From an uncultured delta proteobacterium (GTDB taxonomy: Bacteria > Desulfobacterota > Desulfobacteria > Desulfobacterales > JAHEIW01), in contig CAVPNL010000018.1 of NCBI GenBank assembly GCA_963706575.1, positions 32,001 to 96,000 on the forward strand: a stretch of 64,000 nucleotides of DNA, given 5' to 3'. Position 1 is the first letter of the stretch. The number at the start of each line of letters is the position of its first letter. Shown here piece after piece: positions 20,031 through 29,843 of the stretch. The position numbers were made by a program, and so were the translations under genes. The notes below the pieces were generated by a model that saw only the letters and a list, made by a program, of their open reading frames with translations, was not told the origin of the DNA and did no database searches.

Positions 20031-20696
20031 CGCCAGAAAACCTTTCTCAACCGCATCATCAATGAGGCCGGAGACATAATCCCATAGGAAGCGGGAGCCG
20101 TCATCGACCGGCTGCATCCTCGTAATAACCTGGTTTTTCCGGATGCCATGCTTTTGCCAGGTGTGCCCGCGGGTAAAATAATTGTGTAAAAACGGCTGCA
20201 GCCGATCCAGGGCATTGGCAAATTTTGATTCAGGTGTATCTTTCTCTTCGTATTCATCCCATAACGCCCGAAATGCATCGGTCTGATCCGGTGGCAAGAT
20301 GTTGAAAATTCGATCAGCGGCTTTGGTTTCACGCATTTTTTGACCACGGCCGCCAATTTCATCATAGCAGTACGTATCATCGGCATCGATTTCGACCAGA
20401 TCATGCGCCAAAAGCAGTTTTATCACCTGCAAAAGATCCAGATTATCTTCATCAGCATACTCGGATAAAACCAGAAGGATTAAAGCAATATGCCAGGAGT
20501 GCTCGGCGGAGTTTTCCTGACGGGAGACATCTAACAATGTGGTCCTGCGGGAAATTCTTTTGAGCTTGTCCGCTTCCAGAATAAATTCAATTTGACGTTT
20601 GAAGCGCTCACCTTTTACGGACTGGATTTTGCGCTCCTGACGATTAGCGTCGGTTTTACCTTCACCTTCTGCTTTCAGCATAAGCCGTCTCCTCAA
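20025..20696 (-). CDS. HD-domain phosphohydrolase (YfbR/HD_3-like)
   Basis: ENSAEHSWH, AHDLVEIDA, FANALDRLQP; true start may lie downstream. Confidence 0.9.
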   Translation of the reverse strand: MRRRLMLKAEGEGKTDANRQERKIQSVKGERFKRQIEFILEADKLKRISRRTTLLDVSRQENSAEHSWHIALILLVLSEYADEDNLDLLQVIKLLLAHDLVEIDADDTYCYDEIGGRGQKMRETKAADRIFNILPPDQTDAFRALWDEYEEKDTPESKFANALDRLQPFLHNYFTRGHTWQKHGIRKNQVITRMQPVDDGSRFLWDYVSGLIDDAVEKGFLAK

Positions 20697-20725
20697 TCGG
20701 CATTAATGTTATCACTTACAAGTTT

Positions 20726-22123
20726 TTACGCCTGCTCTGCTCTGCTTTGTTTTTCAAGAGCATCTACCTTTCTAACGTAAGCCTGAATATCACATTTGCG
20801 CTCAAGTCCGGAGGCGGCCATGTAACGGACCTTGCCGAAAATGGGCCGCTCGAACCAGGCTCGGTCGTGAACCCCGAAGACCCAGGCCACCCCGGTGTAT
20901 GAGTTGGCATCGCGGCCGTCGAGAAAATATTTGTTGTTGATGGCCAGGGTGGTTTTAAAGGCCTGCTCAGGGGTCTGAGACCATTCCAGAATTTTTTTGC
21001 CCCAGTACATACGCATGTAATTGTGCATGAACCCCGTGAACCGCATCTCCCGCATAGCCGCATTCCAGTAATCATCGTGGGTCCGTGAATTTTCAAGCTG
21101 CCGGCGGGTATAACGATATTCACGCCGGTCTTTTTTATGTTCGGCCAATGTCTTTTGCGCCCATGCCGGCAGACAGGTATAGGCGTCATAGTCCGGTGTA
21201 TAGAAAACAAAATTCATGGCCAGCTCACGCCGCACAATCAATTCTTCCAGATATGCCTCGCTGGCTTCCTTGAAACGCTTATCCGTTTTCAGTACTTGTA
21301 AAGCCAGATATAGCGGGGAAATTTGACCGAAGTGCAAATAATTGCTCATATGGGAGACATCATCGGTCTGAGGCTGGTTGCGGTTTGCGACATATTGCTC
21401 AAATCGGTGGCGTAAAAATTTTTGAAATATTTTTTTGGCCCTGGAAGTACCGCCCGTGAAGAATTCCGACACCGGCAGAACGCCTTTACTAAGGGACAGC
21501 TTCTTTGCAACGGCTTTTATGTCACTTAGATCGAGCCCGCTTACCCGCGTCTTTAGAGAAGGCTTTTTTATTTTGGTCGGTTTAAATTCAATAAGGTAAT
21601 CTTTGAGGCATTTATTAATTTTAGGGCGAATGGTGCGGGCCGCGTATTCGGCCTTGCTGGAGACCACTTCGAGCGGCACAACCACATCGCTTTCGATCTG
21701 AACCACCCTGCAGCCGGCGTTTCGGGCGACTGTTTTGCGCCACTGTCTTTGATGCTGGAGGTAACCGCGATCGCACACGATCAGGGATGCCTTGCGGCCG
21801 GCTGAAAGTGCAACGTCAGCCGGGTTTCCCTTTTGAACCACCATCTTGATGCCGCGCTTGGCAAGTGCGGTCTGGGTCTCCTGAAGTCCCTCCAGCATGA
21901 AGGTGTAATGGCGCAAATTGGCTTCCGGATAATCGTCCATCAGCCCGAAGACGACGACAACCCCCTGCCCCATTTTATTCGCCTGTTGAACCGCATATTC
22001 CAGGGCGTGGTTGTATTCTGCCCGTTGGGACTGCTGCATCCAATAGAGCACATAAGTGCCACGACGGAGATCAAGGCCATTTAGAATTTGAATGCGTGAA
22101 TGGTGGATGTCCTTAAGATTCAT
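20726..22123 (-). CDS. phrB: Class II CPD DNA photolyase
   Basis: VLYWM, YLHFGQIS, EELIVRREL, FMHNYMRMYWGKKILEW, DGRDANSY, HDRAWFERPIFGKVRYM. Confidence 0.93.
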   Translation of the reverse strand: MNLKDIHHSRIQILNGLDLRRGTYVLYWMQQSQRAEYNHALEYAVQQANKMGQGVVVVFGLMDDYPEANLRHYTFMLEGLQETQTALAKRGIKMVVQKGNPADVALSAGRKASLIVCDRGYLQHQRQWRKTVARNAGCRVVQIESDVVVPLEVVSSKAEYAARTIRPKINKCLKDYLIEFKPTKIKKPSLKTRVSGLDLSDIKAVAKKLSLSKGVLPVSEFFTGGTSRAKKIFQKFLRHRFEQYVANRNQPQTDDVSHMSNYLHFGQISPLYLALQVLKTDKRFKEASEAYLEELIVRRELAMNFVFYTPDYDAYTCLPAWAQKTLAEHKKDRREYRYTRRQLENSRTHDDYWNAAMREMRFTGFMHNYMRMYWGKKILEWSQTPEQAFKTTLAINNKYFLDGRDANSYTGVAWVFGVHDRAWFERPIFGKVRYMAASGLERKCDIQAYVRKVDALEKQSRAEQA

Positions 22124-22152
22124 ATGGTCGCCGCTGATCGCCCCGGACGTGC

Positions 22153-23652
22153 TTATTTTTTTGATGCCGCATCGAGTTTCTTTTGCAGCTTCAGCCAGTC
22201 GTTAAGCTCCAGCAGTGTCTTGGATAGATTATACCGGCCGTCGGCAAATACGCCGTAATCGCCCCCGCCGCCCATTGATGAAGCAAATCGAATCGTATTG
22301 GAGTAGAACAGCCAGGTTTCGCTCCACTTCCTTTCAATGGCTTCATCATAGGGGCTCTCCTCTCTGTCTGCTAAACCGAGCTTCCAGATATCTTCCATGA
22401 TCCGGGTGGCAGCCAGCGTCTTGGCATTGGTCTCTGCGATGGCGTTTTCAAAGCGTTGCCAGTGGGCATTGACCCATGACGTATCATGGCAATTCAGACA
22501 GGCGGCTTGCATCGCCTGCCTGCGGGTGTCCTTTTCTTTTTCATCGATCAGGAATTTCGTGGCCAGGCCGCCTGCAAAATCGGTCGGCAGCGGCAATCCG
22601 TCTTTGTTACGGATAATGCTGGTATTCGGCTCGGCAGGATGCGGATGAGCATAGATCAACCCCAGTATACGCCACGGCAGTCGATTGTTCATCTGATGGG
22701 TCCGTTCAACCACCACCTCCTCATCGGCGTTGGCCAGCAAGCTGACGTGACAGGTGGCGCAGGTGGGGGCCGTAAAATCTTTGCCGATGGTCCACGGCAC
22801 GGCCTTAAAATCCCAGGAGGAATGCTGGGTCGCAAAGATGTTGCCGTGTTTGCTGGCGGCATAGACTTTGAACGCGGGCACATCGGGTCCCACATGACAC
22901 TCTTTGCAGGTGTATGGCTTGCGGGCCATTTCGATCGAAAAAGCGTGACGGGTATGGCAGGCCGAACAGGCTCCTAAACTGCCGTCCAAATTTATGCGCC
23001 CCACGCCCTGATTGGGCCAGCCTTTAATGATCGGAAATTCCAACTCACCGGCGGCTTCAGTATCTCGGGTTTCATACCCGTTAAGCTCGAGTTTGGTGCC
23101 GTGGCAGTAATAGCAGGCTTCGGCTTTGGTGGCATCGTTGGACGGCGCCAATTTTAACTCTCCGTTTTGGTATTTTGTAGCTGCCAGAATGCTATGTTCA
23201 TACTTTTGATGGAGTTTATTATCGGCTAGATTGCCATAGGCATAGGCCATGATATTTTTGGAATATTGCTGCCTTTCGGTCGCATGACACGTTTGGCAAT
23301 CATCGGGGCTGACCACCACATGAATGTCATAGCCGTTGTGATCAAACGTATCCGCATGCGCTTTGGGCCGCAACGTGTGGCACTCGGCGCATCCCACCAC
23401 TACATTTTGCAACCTTTCAGGAACCGATTTGCTGGAAACTTTGCGGGCAATGCCTTCCACCGCCATAGCTTTTTGGGGAGTGACCACGGCGTGACGGCTC
23501 TTTTGCCAGTCATTGACAATACCCGGATGAATTGAAGCATGGCAATCGATACATTCAGCCGTTGCATCACTGATCGCTACTTCTGCCGCTATTGCGGTTG
23601 CAGCACCGAAAAAACCAACCAAAATCAAAATTATCATGGTTCTAATCTTCAT
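22153..23652 (-). CDS. Periplasmic octaheme c-type cytochrome (HAO-like family)
   Basis: Signal peptide; 8 CxxCH motifs (CIDCH, CAECH, CQTCH, CYYCH, CSACH, CKECH, CATCH, CLNCH); CSACHTRHAFS..ARKP..CKECH.GPD.P..YAASKHG pattern. Confidence 0.88.
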   Translation of the reverse strand: MKIRTMIILILVGFFGAATAIAAEVAISDATAECIDCHASIHPGIVNDWQKSRHAVVTPQKAMAVEGIARKVSSKSVPERLQNVVVGCAECHTLRPKAHADTFDHNGYDIHVVVSPDDCQTCHATERQQYSKNIMAYAYGNLADNKLHQKYEHSILAATKYQNGELKLAPSNDATKAEACYYCHGTKLELNGYETRDTEAAGELEFPIIKGWPNQGVGRINLDGSLGACSACHTRHAFSIEMARKPYTCKECHVGPDVPAFKVYAASKHGNIFATQHSSWDFKAVPWTIGKDFTAPTCATCHVSLLANADEEVVVERTHQMNNRLPWRILGLIYAHPHPAEPNTSIIRNKDGLPLPTDFAGGLATKFLIDEKEKDTRRQAMQAACLNCHDTSWVNAHWQRFENAIAETNAKTLAATRIMEDIWKLGLADREESPYDEAIERKWSETWLFYSNTIRFASSMGGGGDYGVFADGRYNLSKTLLELNDWLKLQKKLDAASKK

Positions 23653-23746
23653 ATTCAACTCCTGTAAAAAGCGTTAAGGTCGAGAATCCTTTTTTAGCGC
23701 ATTGGTTCCGGTTGCACAATTAAAATTTATCCAATCATCAACCGTC

Positions 23747-24613
23747 TTACGGCCGATTCGTCAAGTATACACCGGCAGACACCAGCAGGGTCCCGATCAA
23801 CAGGGAAAGGGTCAGCGGCTCTCCTAAGATCAGAAAAGCCAGCAAGATGGCACTGATGGGCACAAAGTTGATGAACAGCCCGGCCTTGGTGGGCCCGATT
23901 TGGTTGATACCTTCATAGAACCAGACAAATCCGAGCACAGTGCCGAAAAAACCCAGATAAAAAATATTCCACCAATCGGAAACCGAATAATAAATACAGT
24001 CTGCCAATCCCTCTCTTAAGGCAGGCACAAAGAGTAAAATAGTGCCGGTGAGTGCACTGTAGGTTACAGATGACAGAGGCGAAAGATCGGCCATAACTGC
24101 TTTTCCCAGCAAGGAAAAAATAACCCAGCTAAGCACGCACAGAAATATATAGAATTCACCCGACCCCAGATTACCCTGTAGGATTTCAAGTAGATTGCCT
24201 CTGGATATGACGATAATGGCCCCGGATACGGATATAACAATTCCCGTAATTTTTAATGAACTTAGCTTTTCTTTAAAAAACATCGCAGAAAAAAGAGCGA
24301 TGAAGATGGGGTTGTTGGCGATGATGATGGCAGCACGACTGGCTTCGATAAGTTTCAGACCTTTAAAAAAAAACAGGTTGTAGCAAAACACACCGGTTAA
24401 TCCGAGAAGAAGGACCGGTAGAATTTGTCTTTTTTTTAAAACTGTAAATTTGCCTTCAGCCTTCCAGGTTAAGAAAACGAGGAACAGGGAGGCGATCGCG
24501 AACCTGAAAAATGCCGCAGAAAAGGGGCCGACATTTTGAGCCAGGCTGCGCCCGGCCACAAATGTCCCGCCCCAGAAAATTGCAGTCAGCAACAATTTTA
24601 AATAAATAAGCAT
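23747..24613 (-). CDS. DMT/EamA family transporter
   Basis: FWGGTF, two EamA repeats, IGPTKAGLFINFVP. Confidence 0.9.
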   Translation of the reverse strand: MLIYLKLLLTAIFWGGTFVAGRSLAQNVGPFSAAFFRFAIASLFLVFLTWKAEGKFTVLKKRQILPVLLLGLTGVFCYNLFFFKGLKLIEASRAAIIIANNPIFIALFSAMFFKEKLSSLKITGIVISVSGAIIVISRGNLLEILQGNLGSGEFYIFLCVLSWVIFSLLGKAVMADLSPLSSVTYSALTGTILLFVPALREGLADCIYYSVSDWWNIFYLGFFGTVLGFVWFYEGINQIGPTKAGLFINFVPISAILLAFLILGEPLTLSLLIGTLLVSAGVYLTNRP

Positions 24614-24713
24614 TTCGGTATACGATTCCAGAGAGAGCGAAAATGAGCAGATTAAATTTGTCGGGCAGGTGTGCTAAGGAAAGGCTCAAATACAAAACAC
24701 GAAATACCAAACA

Positions 24714-25610
24714 CTACCTTTCATTATTTTCATTTTTCACCAGGCTATCAATGATTTGCTGGATGGCCTCATCGGCTTCGCCGGCCGATAAGCGCGTTGA
24801 ACCCGCCCCCCGGTGACCGCCGCCGTCAAACTGGGCAAGCATCAAACCGACATTTACGCTGCATTTGGGGTTAAAAATACTGTGCCCCACATTCACCACC
24901 ACCACATCCTTGTTGGGGCCCTCGTAGCGAATCCGCACATTGACAGCCGACTCGGGAAACAATGAATAAACCAGAAATCGATTTCCACCCGGAGGGTTAT
25001 CAAAGGGTCGGAAGTCCGTAATAGACACTTGCTGATTCAGTCGCGTATGTTCTCGTAAAAAATCCACATAGCGGTCATTTTGGGAAACCACTGTTTGACA
25101 GTGCTGCTTTACCTCGGCATTTTTCAAGACCTGATGAATATCAAATTCGCTGAAAAGCTCGACCAGTAGGTTCCAGTATGGTTCGTTGGGTTGTACCTCG
25201 TTTGAAATGGTCAGCGATAAAAGCACGTAAGGATAATTTTCCGGGTGAAGAACTTCGTCCAGGGTTAAGTTGGCCGAATCAATCTTGTCTGCGGCCTGCA
25301 CCAGCTCGCTGTAATCCCGCTGGAAGCTGCTTTGGTAGTATTGAAAAATGATCCCCGCAGCCGACGGCGCAATTCGAAAGGCCCCTTTAAATGGCTTGTC
25401 GATTTGATTGGTGAAGTGATGATCAAACCATAATGCACACCCCTCGCTGTATGGCAAGTTGGCAACAATGTCCTCGTTTTGGATCTGGACCCGGCCTTTT
25501 TGCACATCATTGGGTTCAACCCAGACGACAGGCTCTTTAATATCCAGTGCCTCATAAAGCAGAACCGCACAAACGATGCCGTCAAAATCCGGTCGCGTAA
25601 CAATACGCAT
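24714..25610 (-). CDS. DHH-family phosphoesterase (exopolyphosphatase-like)
   Basis: RPDFDG, FDHH, C-terminal GGGHRGAG. Confidence 0.85.
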   Translation of the reverse strand: MRIVTRPDFDGIVCAVLLYEALDIKEPVVWVEPNDVQKGRVQIQNEDIVANLPYSEGCALWFDHHFTNQIDKPFKGAFRIAPSAAGIIFQYYQSSFQRDYSELVQAADKIDSANLTLDEVLHPENYPYVLLSLTISNEVQPNEPYWNLLVELFSEFDIHQVLKNAEVKQHCQTVVSQNDRYVDFLREHTRLNQQVSITDFRPFDNPPGGNRFLVYSLFPESAVNVRIRYEGPNKDVVVVNVGHSIFNPKCSVNVGLMLAQFDGGGHRGAGSTRLSAGEADEAIQQIIDSLVKNENNER

Positions 25611-25633
25611 TGAACTACCCCACACTAAATTTT

Positions 25634-25771
25634 CCTAAAATGAGCGTTTCAAATTTTAAAAAGGGTTTTTGTAATAAATTTTAGGTATCACCTAAAATGA
25701 TCGTTTCAAATTTCAAAAAGGGTATTGATGTTTTGGAATGCTTATCTTAACCTAAGTCGAGCGTTCCAAAC
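25634..25771. repeat. Three direct repeats (about 33 bp, period 57-60 bp) in a divergent intergenic region
   Basis: CCTAAAATGAGCGTTTCAAATTTTAAAAAGGGT (25634), CCTAAAATGATCGTTTCAAATTTCAAAAAGGGT (25691), partial CCTAAGTCGAGCGTTCCAAA (25751). Confidence 0.75.
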
Positions 25772-25818
25772 TAAAACTATAGCCATAATGTTTTCAAATT
25801 ACAAGGAGGATGAGAGCA

Positions 25819-26280
25819 ATGGCACTTTATCTTATTCAACATGGTAAAAGCCTGTCGAAGGACCAGGATCCGGATCAGGGGCTGTCTGCGGAAGGAATTG
25901 CAGAAACCGAGCGGATTGCCAAGCTAGCCAAAGACGCTGGTGTTGCAGTTTCTCAAATAAGACATAGCGTTAAAACCAGAGCCCGTCAGACGGCTGAAAT
26001 ATTCGCCGGAGCTTTAAACCCGAAACAGGGCATCCGGGAGGTCAACGGGATCAAGCCTTTAGACGACGTCGCCGCGTATGCTGCTGATATCGACCCGGCT
26101 GAGGATATTATGCTTGTCGGCCACCTGCCGTTTATGGAACGCATGGCGGCTTTTCTGATAACGGAATCGATTGACAACCCGGTTTTTAAATTTCAAAACA
26201 GCGGAATCGTGTGTCTGGATAAAGACCCCCAAGCGCAAACATGGGTTATCCAATGGGCCCTTATGCCCAAAATCGGATAG
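25819..26280 (+). CDS. sixA: Phosphohistidine phosphatase SixA-like
   Basis: LYLIQHG, HSVKTRARQTA, LVGHLP. Confidence 0.8.
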   Translation: MALYLIQHGKSLSKDQDPDQGLSAEGIAETERIAKLAKDAGVAVSQIRHSVKTRARQTAEIFAGALNPKQGIREVNGIKPLDDVAAYAADIDPAEDIMLVGHLPFMERMAAFLITESIDNPVFKFQNSGIVCLDKDPQAQTWVIQWALMPKIG

Positions 26281-26295
26281 TTTTGGAGGAGAAAA

Positions 26296-27063
26296 ATGAA
26301 TTTTGAATGTATTCTTTATGACAAAGAACACGGCATGGCGACGATTAAATTGAACCGCCCCGAGGTTTTGAATGCGATGAACAAACAGCTTTGGCAGGAT
26401 TTTAAGGCGGCTTTGGAAGATGCCGGCAACGACCCGCAGGTGAAGGCATTGATTATCACCGGCGAGGGCCGGGCCTTTTCTACCGGAGCCGATTTAAAAG
26501 AATCGAAAACCAGGACCATAGAAGAATATCGCGACTACCTGGTCGAGCTACAGGAAGCCTCCAGGAAGATCATCCGTTTTGAGAAACCGACCATCGCAGC
26601 CATCAATGGATATGCTCTGGGTTCAGGCTACGAATTAGCGCTGGCCTGTGATATTCGCATTGCAGCCGAAGAGGCCCAAATCGGGTCTCCCGAAGCAATG
26701 GTCACATCTTCCATAACCGGTGGCGCTTTTCGATTGATTCAAAACTTAATTGGTCCCGGCAAAGCCAAAGAACTTCTTTTTACCGGCCAGTACATCGATG
26801 GTAAAGAGGCCGAACGCATCGGTTTGGTCAACAAATCCGTTCCGCTCAAGCAATTGGAATCAGCCGCCCGGAAAATGGCCGAGCAAATCGTCGCCAATTC
26901 AGCCATTTCACTCAAAATGATCAAAAAAGGTTTGCAGATGGCCCAGAGTGGAGTAAGTCTCGACGCCCTGATGGATTTTGAAATCGAAGCCTGCCTGACC
27001 TGTGTGTCCACCAAAGAACGTCAGGAATCGTTGCAGGAGTTTGCGGAGCGGAAGAAAAAATAG
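26296..27063 (+). CDS. Enoyl-CoA hydratase/isomerase
   Basis: LNRPEVLNAM, AFSTGADL, AAINGYALGSGYELALACD. Confidence 0.92.
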   Translation: MNFECILYDKEHGMATIKLNRPEVLNAMNKQLWQDFKAALEDAGNDPQVKALIITGEGRAFSTGADLKESKTRTIEEYRDYLVELQEASRKIIRFEKPTIAAINGYALGSGYELALACDIRIAAEEAQIGSPEAMVTSSITGGAFRLIQNLIGPGKAKELLFTGQYIDGKEAERIGLVNKSVPLKQLESAARKMAEQIVANSAISLKMIKKGLQMAQSGVSLDALMDFEIEACLTCVSTKERQESLQEFAERKKK

Positions 27064-27101
27064 ATTTAGGTATTAGGTTACCCACTCGGATAGGAGACCC
27101 A

Positions 27102-29250
27102 ATGAGTTTAGAACGCATTTTAAATGCCGAATCGGTTGCCATCATCGGCGCCTCCAAAAATGAAACCAAACGCGGCTATCAGACGATCCGAACCCTGCTG
27201 GAAGAAAAATACGAGGGCAGAATCTATCCGGTCAATCCCAAAGAAAAAAGTATCCTGGGATTTAAATGCTACCCGAGCGTAAGGGATATTGCAGAACCGG
27301 TCGATGTCGCCCTGGTCGCTACCCCGGCAAAAACGCTGCCGTCCGTGCTGGAGGATTGCGGTAAAAAAGGTGTAAATGGGGCGGTCGTGCTGGCCGGCGG
27401 GTTCGGTGAAATCGGATCGGAAGGCCGCATGCTGGAAGATAAAATGGTGGCAGTGGCCAAAAAATATCATATCCGGCTAATCGGTCCCAACACATCCGGC
27501 ATGCTCAATCTCAAAGACAATTTGAACCTGGTGGGTTTAAAAGATGCACCCCGGGGAGATATCGCCCTGCTGACCCAGAGCGGTAATATGGCTCTGACAC
27601 TGATTACCGAAGCAAAAATCAAAAGCCGTAAGGGATTTTCCTATTATGTCGGCGTCGGCAATGAAGCCGATATCAAGTTTCACGAATATCTGGAATTTTT
27701 CCGGCAGGACCCGGACACCCGGGCCATCTTGATGTATGTGGAAGGCATGCGCAACGGTCGTGAATTTTTGCAACAGGCCCAAAAGACGACCCTGGAAAAA
27801 CCGATCATCCTGCTCAAAAGCGGGCGCTCGGCCACCGGGAAGCGATCGGCCGGTTCCCACACCGGCGCCCTGAGCCGGCATATCCGAGGTCGCAAAGGGA
27901 GCTTTTAAACGCGCCGGTATCGTGGTTATTGAAAATTCGGATGAGCTTTTCCCGGCAGCCGAAACCCTTTCAAGCCTGCCGCCCATTAAAAACAACAAGG
28001 TTGCCATCCTGGCGGACGGCGGCGGCCATGCCACCATTGCGGCGGATCTTTTAACCGATCTGGGTGTTGAACTGCCGCAGTTAAGCGAAAAAACCAGAAC
28101 CCGACTGCAAAAAATTCTTCCCGCAGCAGCCTCGGTGCCGAACCCGGTTGATGTGGCCGGCGGTACCGATGCGGATCCATCTGTCTTTGCCGATTGTGCT
28201 GAAATCATTCTCAAAGATCCGAATGTCGGTGGTCTTTTAATCGTCGGCCTTTTCGGCGGTTACGGGATCCGCTTTGCCGAAAGCCTGTCCTTGATGGAAG
28301 AAGATGCCGCCCATCGCATGGGCAAACTGGTTAAAAAAAGAAATAAACCGATTGTGCTCCACAGCCTTTACAATTCCGAAAAACCGCATGCCCTGGATCT
28401 TTTACGATATTACAACATCCCGGTTTATGACTCCCTCGATATTTCAGCGAAATGCATCGCGGTTTTAGCTGAGTACGGCAGTTATCTGGGCGGCTACCAT
28501 GGAAAAATCAGCTTCGAGCTGAATTGGAAAGCCAAAGCCAGGCCCGAAGGCGACAAGATCATTAAAAAGGCCCTGCAGGATGGTCGCCGTGCGCTGCTCG
28601 AATACGAAGCCAAGAAACTGTTTGAAATTCACGGAGCCCCGGTGTCGCAGGATTGTCTGGTGCAGAGCGCCGATGAAGCGGTTCAATGCGCCCTGGATCT
28701 GGGGACGGATGTCGCCATGAAAATTGTCTCCCCTGATATTTTGCACAAAAGCGATGCCGGGGGCGTGCGTATTAAACTTGCCTCTGAAAAAGAGATCCGA
28801 TCCGCCTATCGCGAAATCATGAAAAACAGCAAAAAATATGATGCCAAAGCAGATATTAGAGGCGTTCTGGTTTCCCCCATGGCCGATGAAGGCGTTGAAG
28901 TTATTATCGGCACCAAAATCGACGATCAGTTCGGGCCGGTAATCATGTATGGCCTGGGCGGCGTTATGGTCGAAATCTTAAGGGATGTGGCCTTCCGGGT
29001 ATTGCCGCTTTCGCCCACCGACGCCCGTAAAATGATCGAAGAAACCAGATCCTTTTCGATTTTAGACGGCGCCAGGGGCACGCCAGCGCTGGACAAAAAA
29101 GCGCTGCGCAAACTGTTAATGCTGTGCTCGGACATTGTTGAATCCTATCCTCAAATTGAGGAGATGGATCTGAATCCGGTAATTGTCCATGAAAAGGGGG
29201 TCAGCGTCGTGGATGCGCGCATCATACTGAAGGCAGAAGCCCGCTGGTAG
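27102..29250 (+). CDS. ADP-forming acetate/acyl-CoA ligase (fused alpha-beta); +1 frameshift near 27873
   Basis: CoA-binding IIGAS, GPNT.G, SHTGAL, NPVD, ATP-grasp HKSDAGGV. Removing A27873 gives SHTGALAGISEVAKGAFKRAGIV and joins the two ORFs. Confidence 0.9.
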
Positions 29251-29258
29251 GTTTGCTT

Positions 29259-29366
29259 GATTGCGGAATTCGGATTGCAGATTGCGGATTGAAATGACAT
29301 ACTCAGCTTTTTGTCCGACAGTTCATTAGTTCTTTAATCCGCAATCCGAAATCTCAAATCCGAAAT
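29259..29366. repeat. Inverted heptamer-array hairpin (GATTGCG ... CGCAATC/CGAAATC)
   Basis: Left arm 29259-29290, right arm 29336-29366; same unit family as 2788-2819. Confidence 0.85.
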
Positions 29367-29419
29367 GGATATTGCCCTATTCCTCCAAAACTCCGATATT
29401 GATAAAGGAGAAAAATTAC

Positions 29420-29800
29420 ATGAATGAAAAGATTGTTACCCCAAACGCCCCGCAAGCCATTGGCCCTTATTCCCAGGCAATTCGATTGGGTGATTTTCTC
29501 TTTGTTTCCGGCCAAATTGCAATTGATCCACAGACGGCAAACATCATTGAGGGAGATATTGAAGCGCAGACCGGGCAGGTCTTAAAAAACATAGCGGCCA
29601 TCATCGAAGCCGCCGGTATGTCGCTGCAGGATGTGGTTAAATGCACCTGCTTTTTGAAAGACATGAACGATTTTGTAAAATTCAACGGGGTGTATGAAAG
29701 TTACTTTGGCGAAATTCTACCGGCGCGCGAAACCGTGGAGGTTGCACGACTTCCAAAAGATGTGCTGGTGGAAGTGTCAGCGATTTGCGGCAAACAGTAA
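29420..29800 (+). CDS. ridA: RidA/YjgF enamine deaminase
   Basis: [36 protein letters not shown] before ATG 29420. Confidence 0.92.
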   Translation: MNEKIVTPNAPQAIGPYSQAIRLGDFLFVSGQIAIDPQTANIIEGDIEAQTGQVLKNIAAIIEAAGMSLQDVVKCTCFLKDMNDFVKFNGVYESYFGEILPARETVEVARLPKDVLVEVSAICGKQ

Positions 29801-29843
29801 GCAACCCAACAGAACATATAAATGCTTGGGCAGGCTTGGATTT

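Noticed and set aside
25634..25771. Possible mini CRISPR array
   Set aside because: Only 2.5 degenerate repeats, short AT-rich spacers that are themselves palindromic, and no cas genes.
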